From positions 3,054,408 through 3,118,407 of the forward strand of contig CAJFCJ010000006.1 of assembly GCA_904063045.1 (NCBI GenBank): a DNA stretch of 64,000 bases, in the 5' to 3' direction. Below are positions 50,519-61,907 of this stretch, piece after piece. The position numbers were made by a program, and so were the translations under genes. The notes beneath the pieces are model-generated. The model saw nothing but the letters and a program-made list of their open reading frames with translations. It searched no databases and was not told where the DNA came from. This stretch comes from Dimorphilus gyrociliatus. Lineage: Eukaryota; Animalia; Annelida. How positions within the stretch are numbered: the first letter of the stretch is position 1; the number at the start of each line of letters is the position of its first letter.

Positions 50519-51051
50519 ATGAAGTTTCTCATTGGTTTTACCCTCTTCTTTCTCTACTTAATATATGTCCAAGGATTTCCCGCAACGGTAGGCCGATTTG
50601 GATTAATTAGATTAACATTTTTATTTATTAATTAAATCTCTTATAATTCTTTTTTGAGTCTATAGCAGTATTTTCGCGAATCTTTGTCAACAAGTAGTAG
50701 TGAATTGAAACGAAATAAGAATAATAATAATTCTTCAAAGCCTCTATGGATATATAGTAAGCTGATACAGTATTAGCACGTATAAACCGTTTATTAAAAA
50801 TTGAATTCAGTGATGGGACACCCTAGTTATAAGAGATCGCTAAATTCAAAATGGCTGATTGAGAAGAAGAGAATCAAAAGCTTACTTGAAGATTTTCTTG
50901 CATTTCTTAATTTAAAAGGTGAGCTATTTTGTGTTACTATTATTATGATTACTATCGTACTTTTCTAATTTAGAAGAATAAAATAGAAGGACTCTTTTCA
51001 GATTTAGGCCTCCTCTCTCAATGTTTTCCCAATAATCCAAGAAGTTCTTAA
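50519..51051 (+). CDS. Secreted neuropeptide-type precursor, galanin/GMAP-like, 105 aa. Exons 50519-50587, 50666-50756, 50811-50918, 51002-51051
   Basis: Spliced product MKFLIGFTLFFLYLIYVQG-FPATQYFRESLSTSSSEL-KR-NKNNNNSSKPLWIYMMGHPSY-KR-SLNSKWLIE-KKR-IKSLLEDFLAFLNLKDLGLLSQCFPNNPRSS. Signal peptide, dibasic sites, three canonical GT-AG introns with phases 0/1/1, TATA box. Confidence 0.8.
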
Positions 51052-51226
51052 AGGAACAAGAGTAAATGAAATCCTAAACCCAAATGAATAAGAAACAATA
51101 CATTACTTAAATTAAATACACGTGTTTGCTATCACATCAATTTTAAATGTATTCGTGATTCAAACTATCGAAACGTGAAAAAGCGAAAGAATGAGAGATC
51201 TCCTATTATCAATTACTCTTTCTAAG

Positions 51227-53576
51227 CTATTTGAAACTTTTCGTATACTTTACCAAAATTTTCGTAAAAAGTCTGAAAGTAAATTAGATATATTTATTAA
51301 AAATTTAATATATTATTAAAAATGATTTTATAACTAAATGTAAAGCTTACTTTAAATAGGTCACAACCCTGTTTAATAGATGAAACATCGCACATTTCTC
51401 TGATCGAATGCATCGACAATTGAGCTAAGTTGATAGTGAAAAAAAATGAAAAACGTTTATTCTCTCATTTAAAATAAGAAAGAATATAAAAAGCTCACGA
51501 GCTCCAATATCGATTGTTGCCATTCCTAATTTTGCTGACATTATAGGCCCAATGGTACTTCCGCATAACGAATCGTTTCGGACAACGAAATCTTGAAGGG
51601 GAACTTGAGCAATTTGAGCAATTTCCCTCAATATACCGGCTGTTACTAAAGTAGTTGCGTAGCGTTGGTTTTGGTTGGTTTTTATCACAATTCCCTTTTT
51701 AAAAACAAATACAATAAAATATAGATTTTCACAATGTACAGATCTTTTTTTCAGTAACTACCTTATGCAAACTTGGTTTATGTTGATCTTCATGCTTGTC
51801 GGGATAGTTTGGGTGCACGGCATGAGCCATATCCGAGGAAATCATCAACGATTTAGATATGGATTCTTCAAAAGCTACAGGATTTGCACCTGAAGATAGT
51901 CTTCGTAGAATCAACTCTTGAATTGTTGACATAGCACCCTGGGCACTTTGTGATCCGACTTCTTCGTTATCGAAAAGGCTTACCATTCTTATACGTGAAT
52001 CAGATTTCAAGGAATCGTGCCCAAGGGAATTTATCAATCCCTAGAATAAAATTACTCTTTAACGACTCCCTTCTGAATATTTTCTCTTTCTATTTAATCT
52101 TACTTGAATTGCACAATAGCTTGAATGGAGATTATCAAGCCTTGGAGAGAATATAAATTCTTCGAGGATACCACCAATTGCCTACAATGAATTAGTGGAT
52201 AATTTTGAAATTAAAAAAAAAAACAAATAAAATATTCATACAGCTGGTTGGGTGTCGGCCAAGCATAACTCAAAATCTACAATCTGTTCTGGTCGAATTC
52301 CTAATTCTTTACAAATCAGTTCAATAAGAAGAGGTTGATGCTTTTCTTGCTGTAAAAATTGTTAATAATCAATCAAAGTGGATAAAAGTTGAAATTATGT
52401 CCTTACTGCTGATAGTTGTCCGGATGACTCGGCGCCAGAAGATTTAACACCCTTTTGCAATTCTTCTTCAATGCTAGTTGCCAATACTGGTAACCTTTAC
52501 AAATTAAATGTAAAAATTATTGGAGAATATATATATTTTAAAGGGAAATTTTCAACCAACAAGTTAGTTTCTTTATTCCATTCAAACTTTGTACCCATTT
52601 CTCGATTAAGGTGAATAGCCAAATTTGGTACTCTCAAGATAGGTCTCTTAACGTGTATAAGTTTTTGTACTATATTGTCGTTGTTCTGTTGTTATGAAAA
52701 ACAAAAATTAATATTGTTTTAATGTAAATTTAGTTTTCTTACTTTAACCAAAACTCTGCCGGCAATAGTTAAATCTCTATCAAACCATGTGTGCCAGGTT
52801 CCACCTAATTGTTTAAATTGATAGTAGAATGATAATATTACATTTTTAATATTAATTTACCTCCATAACATTCAACGCCAACTTGAACGAATCCACTCTT
52901 TACTTTCTTAGATACTGGTTTTACTCTAAGACAAGGACTATCAGTATGAGCTCCAATGATTGAGAAACCATTACCAGGTTTATAATTTCCGCCCACTGCA
53001 AATGCTATTAAAGTTGACTTGTTCTTCGTCATATAGTACTGTTTAATTTTTAAGGATTAAGATTCCTCGAGGAAAAAATAGATAAATCATTCTATACCTT
53101 ATCAAGTGGCTTTATATCCCATTTTTCGCTTTCTTTCAATTCCTTAAATCCTGCTGCTTCCAGCATGGAAGCACTTTCATGAACAGCTGTAATTGCGACT
53201 CTTTTATTGAAATCATCAAATAATCAACCAGTTGTTATTACTTCTTAACTTTATATATAAAGTGAACTTTATACTTCTTACCATGATAAGGAGATGGAGA
53301 ATTATTAATGAAATTTATAAATCTCTTTGCAGCAGTCAGTCTTGAAGATTCCGAGGCCTGGATTTGGGATAATTAGAAGGAAATTTAAACTTTTTAAATG
53401 GCAGAATAAACACTTTAATTGATAAAATAAGCTATATTAAAGTACACTCAAGGGATAATTATCGAAAAGTCCAAAGAATATGCATTTAAAGTATTTTTAT
53501 ATAAATATAGTTGAATATGAACTAATAGAATAAAATAGTTAATTAAATATTAGAGTATAATTTAATTAAACACCAT
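51227..53576 (-). CDS. DNPEP: Aspartyl aminopeptidase (M18), about 10 exons, probable ATG-only first exon
   Basis: [96 protein letters not shown]. Confidence 0.96.
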
Positions 53577-53999
53577 TTTGGAATTCAGGTTAGGAGCACA
53601 GATTAAATTGTAATCAGCGCTGACTTGACACAATCAACGTTGAGAAATACGGGTAGAAAAATGTTTTCTATTCAGAGAACATACATAGAACCCGTAACCA
53701 TCTAACAACGAGATCTCGTAAGTATTACGTATATAAACAAGAGAACTATTGCTCAATCTCTTTTGTAATCCGAGATTTGGTAAGGTCAAGGCTATTAGAT
53801 ATTTCTTGCAAAACTATAAAGTTTTTGAAAATAGTAATTCTAACAAAACAAGACATTCTTAGATAATTTTGCATTATCATAAACAGAATAAATTATACCA
53901 TGTTGATAATCATACTGTATTGAAAGGAGTGAAAAAGTTTAGTTTTAGTTTTACAAATATTGTTAGTATTACACTTGATATTGTTAACATATTGAGAAA

Positions 54000-55868
54000 C
54001 TATGCACAAACTAGGCGTATAGCCTTAATAATCTTCTCCAGGGGAACGTTCTCCTCACAAACATTAACCAAATTGAATAAATGCCTCATTGCGTAATCAT
54101 TCTTCGATAAATCGAAACATGTTGCATCAAAAAATTTAGCTGCTGGTTCATAACATTCCCATTTTGTTAGTGGAAATCGTGTTTTACCATATCCACCGTT
54201 TCTGCCGGTTGTTATGGAAACGATATCCCTCATTTTAACTTCAACATTTCGCCTTCTCATGGCTTCGTCACGAATTTCTTCGGTTAATTTTAAAATCTCG
54301 AGAGTATTTTTTGTTGCAACTAGACGTCTCTTCAAAATTTCTATTTTAACGTCTTCTGATTTTACAGCATCCAAAGGAACGTTTGGTACAATTTTCCTAT
54401 ATAGAAAAGAGGCAACGTTTATAATTTAGATCTCATAAAGAAATTTTAAAAATCTATACTTTTGAGTATTCGTTAATCCTTGGAAAAAACCAACAGCTTC
54501 GTTTGCAATTTGCATGTCACCGAACTCTTGTACATGACTGGTGTTCGTTTCCTCTTTTACTAAGCGAAATTGTCTGGCTAACGTTTCAGTACTAAGATTT
54601 TCTTTGTCAGAATCTTCCATCCATTTGACACTGTAAACATCTCCGAGGAAAGTCTGTCTGGCTTTGTCAAAGTAGCAAGCGTATGAACTCTCTTCGCTAT
54701 TGGCTGCAGTAGTAGCGTATATATTGATATTGGACGGTAGTAAATTCTCAAACATTGAACCAGATTCGCAAGCTTCAACATAAATGACCATTTGAGCAAA
54801 CTTATTTTCTGAGTACATTGATTTCAAGACTTTAATAAGTTGGCTGGCGTATAATTCTCCATTGGGAAAAGCTATTAGACCAGGAGCTCCATGATCAACA
54901 AAATTAACAAAGACGTGATCGTTGGGTCCGCTCTGAATAACTTTACCACTTCCAATACCTTTCATACCGTCAAGATCGCCAGCGAGAACTTTGAGAAAGT
55001 TTTCAGGAGTAACAGTTTCCCCTAATTTTAAAAGAAAATTTATAGATCTTATTGCAAAAAAATGCGATTAGCAGAAATTTAATCCTCTGTTAAAAAAGAA
55101 CTTCTGGGAAAATAGGTCAATTGATTACTCTGTATTGTTATTTATACGTAATTAATTTTTCTTATCTAAGTACAATAATTAGTTAATTTCGTAACGAATT
55201 GATTAGTCTTTGCTATTGTTTTGTTTTTTCTTTTTGTTATATAACATAAACAACAAAAGAAATTCGAAACTTAAATTCAAATCTTAAATAAATTTACCTG
55301 TATAATCTTTAGGAACACCGTGGTACACATCGCTACCATTCGGATGATTAATAACAATTCCAGGGGTTGGATTTCTATTTTGAAACGAGAAAAAAAATCA
55401 TGTGACACTTGAAACTTTTAAAGAATTCAATCGATTTTTACTTGGAAAAAGAATACTTACTCCTGATTTTCCGCTAAATCATCATACATCATAACAACAA
55501 TTCTTTCATCAGGTAAACCATGGCTCTTCAATATTTGATATGCGTGACAAGCGTCAGCCTGGAAAGAGTAAAAATAATTGTTAGTATCATCGTTAGTTTA
55601 ATTTTTTTTCTCAACTATAAATAAAGAGCTTTTTCGCTAGAATACTTTATAGTTTATAGGAATTTTTCTAAAAATAATATCGTACTTGGTGTCTGTAGTT
55701 AAACCAACCATTAGAACCCGCCACGATAAGAGCCCAATGTTCTCCACCATTAGGTAGTTGATCTTTCAATTTTAAATCGTCTCCATTTCTAAACATAAGA
55801 AAATCTGCTCCGAAACAATTGGAGCAGAGAAGCGCAATTGATATGACTGTTTTCAAAATTAAAGTCAT
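54000..55868 (-). CDS. LGMN: Legumain (asparaginyl endopeptidase, C13), 5 exons
   Basis: Signal peptide; [24 protein letters not shown]; catalytic DHG and EACES; YATTAAN..ESSYACY; C-terminal prodomain with conserved cysteines. Confidence 0.96.
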
Positions 55869-55932
55869 AGTTAACTAAAAATACTTTTGCTTCGCAACTG
55901 CTTAGTTAGTTCTCTTATATATTTGCTAATGG

Positions 55933-55942
55933 GTCACGTGAC
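55933..55942. promoter_or_regulatory. CLEAR/E-box upstream of legumain
   Basis: Perfect GTCACGTGAC 65 nt upstream of the legumain ATG. Confidence 0.7.
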
Positions 55943-56270
55943 AATCATATGACTGACAGTCACGACGACAAGGAACCATATTATTAGGCTGGATGACCTT
56001 AACCCCTATTAGTAAACTTGCGAAATAATAAATGTTTAAGGGAAAAAATCCGAAATAAATGATTTAAACTTGCTTTAAGCAGAGTCAATAATCAAAATAA
56101 ATAAATAAATAGATATGAGAGAACAATTGGAAATTATTATAAACATTATTTATTTTTATTGTCAACTATTCTTTAATAATTTAAGACGAATTTATAAAAA
56201 AAACCGAACCAATTTTAATTCTAACCCATTAAAGAAAATAAATCTTAATTTACAAGAGTCAAAAACAAAG

Positions 56271-57227
56271 CTAGGCCTCTGGTGAAGTATTTTCTTCTTT
56301 TTCAGGTTCGTAAGTTTGCAATCTCATCTTCAATTGCCCATTTTCTTCAGTTAATTCTTCGACTTTTCTTCTCAATTCCGAAACCTGAAGAAATAGTAAT
56401 AAATTATTTATAAATTATTGCCACAAATGTAATCATACCATAAAAATTATATTAAAAACAGATTAATACATTAAAATATGATGTATTTTTTATTGTTATG
56501 AAAATTTATGTATCAATTCATCTATTTGAATTCTTTATGGTTCTTTTATTATTATTTAAAAATCGAAAATTTTTTTTAAAATACTTGTGATTATATAGAG
56601 ATATTGGAAAGAGTTTACATTCTCTATCTTAGTAACAACGTGACAATCCCTTAAAAATATCGATCGCCTTGTTTACAATCTAGTAAGTGGATGCTTGAGA
56701 TCAAAAAAACCTAAACAGATAAGGTATTTAAATTTTGTTGTACCTCTTTTTTTTTTTTACTTCCCTCAGCTGGAAGACATTTTTTTTATTTGCCTCAGAC
56801 ATTTTTTTAGATGAAATTAATCTTTTTATCACTAGCGTTGCTATTATCAACAAAATTTGATAGTTTTTTAAACTAAAATATATTAATTAATATTATAGGG
56901 AGTGTTATATTTCGTTAGCAAATCTAGAGCTAAGTGTTGAGATAAACGCTATGTTTTGATATTAAGTTGCTAATGTTTGAGTTTTTTACTGACATGTCAT
57001 TAAAAAAATGTTAGAGAACAAACCTCCAATTTCAAAGCTTCAAAATCAGCAGATTCGGGACCTTCGCTGCCTATATGTTTTTTCAGATAATCTAAAGCAT
57101 TATTCGGCTTTTCTGGTTCTTCGTAGAGACCCACCAAAACCTTCGTCATGCTGTCGATGACACCAGCCTTTTCTAGATATTTCCTAAATTCTTCACGCTT
57201 TGAATCTGCTGGTTTATATTGGCTCAT
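56271..57227 (-). CDS. MYCBP: c-Myc-binding protein (AMY-1/FAP174), 105 aa. Exons 57227-57024 and 56384-56271
   Basis: YKPADSKREEFRKYLEKAGVIDSMTKVLVGLYEEPEKPNNALDYLK followed by a coiled coil; phase-0 intron. Confidence 0.95.
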
Positions 57228-57882
57228 TTTTGCCGAAATAATAGGTTGTCTTTACACGTTAAAATTAACTGTTTTTTCCTCAACGCGCTTTTTCCGTCCG
57301 TTGCTAGACGATACTTCGCATGCGTCAACGATTTACATATCCGGTCATGACCGGTTTTGTGCTTTCTTTTACTTTTGGTTACCGGTTTATTCAAACGTAC
57401 ACACCTTTTATAATAAAGACAGCATAGTAGTTAATAAATATTATTAAAACAGTTACAATAATTTCTCACGTAGGAAATAAATTTATTAATAAACGTATCG
57501 AGGATACATTAAAGTTTAAATTTTGTTTTTGAGCATCAACATTCTACTGAATAAAGTTTTTAGCATTAGCTTTTACTGTGTAAGAATTCTTAATATAATT
57601 AAATAACTGATAACGAAGATAGTTTTGTAAAAGCTTAACTTCTAGACTTAAAATAAATAACTTTTTTTTAAATAAAATTTCAAACATTTGAAATTAAGTT
57701 AATTTAGGTCGATTCGAAAATATAACCTTTAATTTTATGGTTTAATCCATAGAAACTATTTCATTGCTTCTTTGTACAAGTCCTCTATTGCAATAGCAAT
57801 AATCATATTCAATTTGAGACTTAAAATTCTCTTTACAATGATACGATTCGGAAAATTTATCCGAAACACTTGTTTATTTCTG

Positions 57883-57906
57883 GTCACGTGACGTGGGCGC
57901 ATGCGC
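57883..57906. promoter_or_regulatory. E-box/CLEAR plus NRF1 module at the septin promoter
   Basis: GTCACGTGAC (57883-57892) and perfect GCGCATGCGC (57897-57906), about 35 nt upstream of ATG 57940, which is followed by T and a GTAAGT donor. Confidence 0.6.
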
Positions 57907-57939
57907 AAAAAGTGGCGCTACTTGTGTGAATCACGGAGA

Positions 57940-60900
57940 ATGTGTAAGTAGATGATAAATCGTTAAAATTATTGTTCCTAACGCATATTAAACAATTTTT
58001 TTAGTTTTCAATCTATCGTGATCTGAATATTGTTAACTGTGAAAAATTTGATTCAATTTAATTTAAGAGCTCTTATGAGAGGCGGCTATTTCTAAGCTCT
58101 TTATGACGGTCTTTATCCGCATCAAATATATTTATAATAAAAATATCCAAAAAGTTGCCACATTTAACCGCTCTTGAATAATGGGATTTTTAATTAAATA
58201 ATGGCTTCATAATGTAATGGTAAATTTTATAATAGATATTAATTTTATTCAATATATTATGTGAAATACGAAACACTAATATTTGAAAGGTACTAGTATT
58301 ACCCCCCCTCCTTTAACTGTAAGGCTATATAAATACTAATACATCCGTATGATGTATTTTACATTTAACCGAGATTTTTAAGATAGTTCTTATTACCCGC
58401 TTGAATCATCTTGCTTTGTATGAAACTATTAATATTCTATTTATGAATAATTAATTATTTGATTGATCTATGAAATATTCCATGCTTATATTTTTCTGCT
58501 TAAAGATTTGGCTTTTAAACAAAAACGAATTCATTCTTTTTTTCTCTTGGAATACTTTTTGTTCTTTTAAAGTATTTTTTAGAGAAAAATTGACCTAAAT
58601 TTCACCACTAATATAATTTGTTCTTTTTTTTCACTTTCATATTCCTCATTCACAATCTCCGACGATTATAAAAAAATTGCACAAAATAGCTGTAAGTATT
58701 TATATGCACTATTACATTTTTCTCAGTATAATTGTTTTTGAACTTTGACTAATTGTTATTATTATTATTCTCTTATAATCGTATGTAAATTTATTGGCAT
58801 TATTCTTTAGTCAATAAAACTGATCGCTATCCTGCTATCTAATAATCCTTGCTTTCTCTCTTAAAGAAGAGAAATAAGGTCAACTTCGAAAAAGTTATAT
58901 TGACTCAGAAATTGAGAAAGTTCTGATGGTTTAATTATGAAATTGAGAGGAATCTGTAAATATTTGGTCCTCAATGCAAGGCCTTTAAGCCAATTTTAGT
59001 AGGCCTTCCTATTTTATTCATTCAAAAACTTATACCTGTTGGCCACAATCAGCCGATGACTGCTAGCCAAAATGCAGAACAGTTTAGAGTAGAAAATACG
59101 AAAACAAAATTTGATAATAGAAATTGAGTTTTAAATGAAAATCTATTTTGCAGACAATAAATTCAGCTAAACGCGAGGCGTTCTTCCGTTCGCCACCTTC
59201 CGACATACCTAGTCAACAATCGTACAAAACAGACTATAATTATCGTTACGATATGAATTCAAGAACCGCAAATCTTTCTAAATTGCCACAAGAAATTGAC
59301 AGAATGGGTGAACAGAAAATGGTTAGCGATTCTACCTATGTTGGATACGCAACATTGAGCGATCAAGTTTTCAGAAGAAGCGTTAAGAAAGGATTTGAAT
59401 TTAATTTAATGGTAGCAGGTGAATAATTGTTTACAATTTCAAGTAGGGCTGCTCCATACAATACAGAGTCTTTTATTAAACATGGAAGGTAGTTTAGAGT
59501 TAACAGAAAGCCTTTTGAATCTTCGAAGTTCACTCTATTATATTCTATTTACTGTATTCTCTATATACAATTGTTACCCCTATTCCCATTCTATTTCAGG
59601 TGAATCGGGGCTTGGAAAATCGACTTTAATTAACTCCCTTTTTAATACGGATATCTACGATCTTAAAGATCCGAGTAAACGAAAGTTACGTAAGACAGTT
59701 TCGGTAAGTGAAATTTTGCAAAGTTAGAATAAAATTTACTCTATTTTATTGTTCGGTAAACAAAGTATAGCCAACCGAAAATTTATTGTAAATAAACCAT
59801 TATCTCGTATATAAACGTATAAAATATAAAAGTGTTGAACTTTTAACTAATTTTAGGCTTTGGCAAATTTACTTATCTCCTTTGTACTATTGATGAGTTT
59901 ATTTACAAATTTCAATTTAATTCTATTTACAGGTTGAAACTAACAAGATTATTCTGAAGGAGAAGGGTGTTCAACTTCGTTTGAATGTAATTGATACGCC
60001 CGGATTTGGCGATCTTCTTGACAATTCCCAAAGTACAAATCCAATCGTGGACTATGTTAATGAAAAGTTTCACGAATACTTAACGCTTGAATCGCGAGTT
60101 AATCGTCAGAAACAAATAGCCGACAATCGAGTTCATTGTCTGCTCTATTTCATCAGTCCAAATGGACATGGTCTGAAAGAAATTGATGTTTTCTTTATGA
60201 AAAAATTGCACGACAAAGTCAATATCATACCAATTATTGCTAAAGCGGATACAATGACATCTGAGGAATGTGTTTTGTTCAAAAAAACTATTCGAGAAGA
60301 AATAGCCAAGTTTGGTATCAAAGTCTACGAATTTCCGGAAGTTGAAGAAGAAGGTTATCCAGACCACAAAAATTTCAAAAACAGAGTACCATTTGCTATT
60401 ATTGGAAGCAATGTTATGATTGATAACGATGGTAGACGTGTAAGAGGAAGGAAATATCCATGGGGAGTTGTTGAAGTTGAAAATTTACATCATAATGATT
60501 TTTTGGCTCTCAGAAACATGCTTATAAGAACCCATATGCATGATTTAAGAGATGTCACCAATAACGTTCATTATGAGAATTTTAGATATGCAACTTTATC
60601 TGAAAAAGGAAGATTGGACTCAAATACTTCCACTGACTCGTAAGTTATCGAACAACAATGGTGATAAATATTTCTATTTTCCCCTTCTGTTGTTTCAGTA
60701 GTCCATTGTCTCAAATGGAAGAAGAAAGACAAAACCATGAAAATAAAATTAGAAAAATGGAAAAGGAAATGGAAATGGTATTTCAAACAAAAGTCAAGGA
60801 GAAGACTCAAAAAATTCACGAATCTGAACAACAGGTACTCTTAGTCAATTTTCTAGTTAATAAATATTTCAGGTTTCAATTTTTACTCTTAGATGCTACG

Positions 60901-61423
60901 TAAAGCTGACGAAATGAAGCGTACAATAATGGAAGAACGTAAAAAATTGGCTGAGGAAAGAGAAAGATTCGAACGCGAAAGAACTGAGTGGGAACAGGAG
61001 CATAGCAACGAGTCAGTAATGAGTAGAGTTTTACAGCGTGCTGGTGCTTCTCGCTTTACTCTGCAACGCGATTAACTTTTTTTTTTGTAATTTATTTGTA
61101 TGCCTGCTAATAATCATTATATAAAATTTGGCTGATTCCTCTTTCGCCAGAAAAGACTTTTAATGGACATTTATCTTTTCCTTGCGTTTTTGATCTTTTT
61201 CCGAATTTGAATATTCCTATTTTATGGTAGATTAGTTTTCAGCATGTTTATTTTTTTTGCTACCGTGTTCTGGGAAACTTTCTTAATAATTTGTTAATTT
61301 TCCATAGGCAACCTAAATATTTGTTGTAGATGATTGTTAATCAAGTTTTTTTTCCTCTTATAAAAAATAGCCCCTATCTGATGTTTTTTGTTTGACAGGA
61401 AAAAGGGCAGAAAAATGTTTTGA
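57940..61423 (+). CDS. SEPTIN7: Septin 7-like GTPase; both ends ambiguous (alternative splicing possible)
   Basis: [70 protein letters not shown]...VF..KVKEK. Best terminal exon 61399-61423 gives EKKGRKMF-stop, like the SEPT7 ending. Confidence 0.92.
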
Positions 61424-61907
61424 AGACGTCTCTGGTTCACGTATATAAAAATTAAAGGTGCTTTTTTTTTAAAATTAATTGCATATGTAGATCTTATACA
61501 TTAGAATATATATATACTATGCATGTCATTTTTTTATCGTGTTCATTTACAAAGTTATCTGTTTGTTTGCCAGAGATCATTTAGATTATTTTAAAACTAA
61601 TACATAACTTTTTGCATAAAACTCAAGAAAGAATTTTTCGCAAATTTAATAAGCTTCTCTGCTCCAGTTTTTTTTTGTTTTCAATGAAAAAATTAAAAAG
61701 AAATACGTTCACATCTATAAATTAATTTCCCGTAGAAGAAACATGAAATAAAGAATAATGAAACATTAAAGAAATTGTTTGCTTGGGATTTTGGAGGAAG
61801 AAAAAAAAACAACATTAAAAATAGATTAGACAAATAAACAGAATTGAATATACCATTATCTAAAAAAAAAACCTGATTATGACTAGTCATCGTACGTAAA
61901 AGAAATA

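Noticed and set aside
59415-59605. CAGGTGAAT repeated at both ends of a septin intron, suggesting recent intron gain
   Set aside because: As I recall, this phase-1 position in MVxG|ESG is an ancient septin intron; AG|GT proto-splice context explains most of the match.
20061-60367. Many antisense or alternate-frame ORFs (e.g. 20061-20342, 32565-32918, 35720-36142, 37312-37518, 41630-41896, 47339-47689, 57148-57447, 60080-60367)
   Set aside because: They are shadows of well-supported genes on the other strand or frame.
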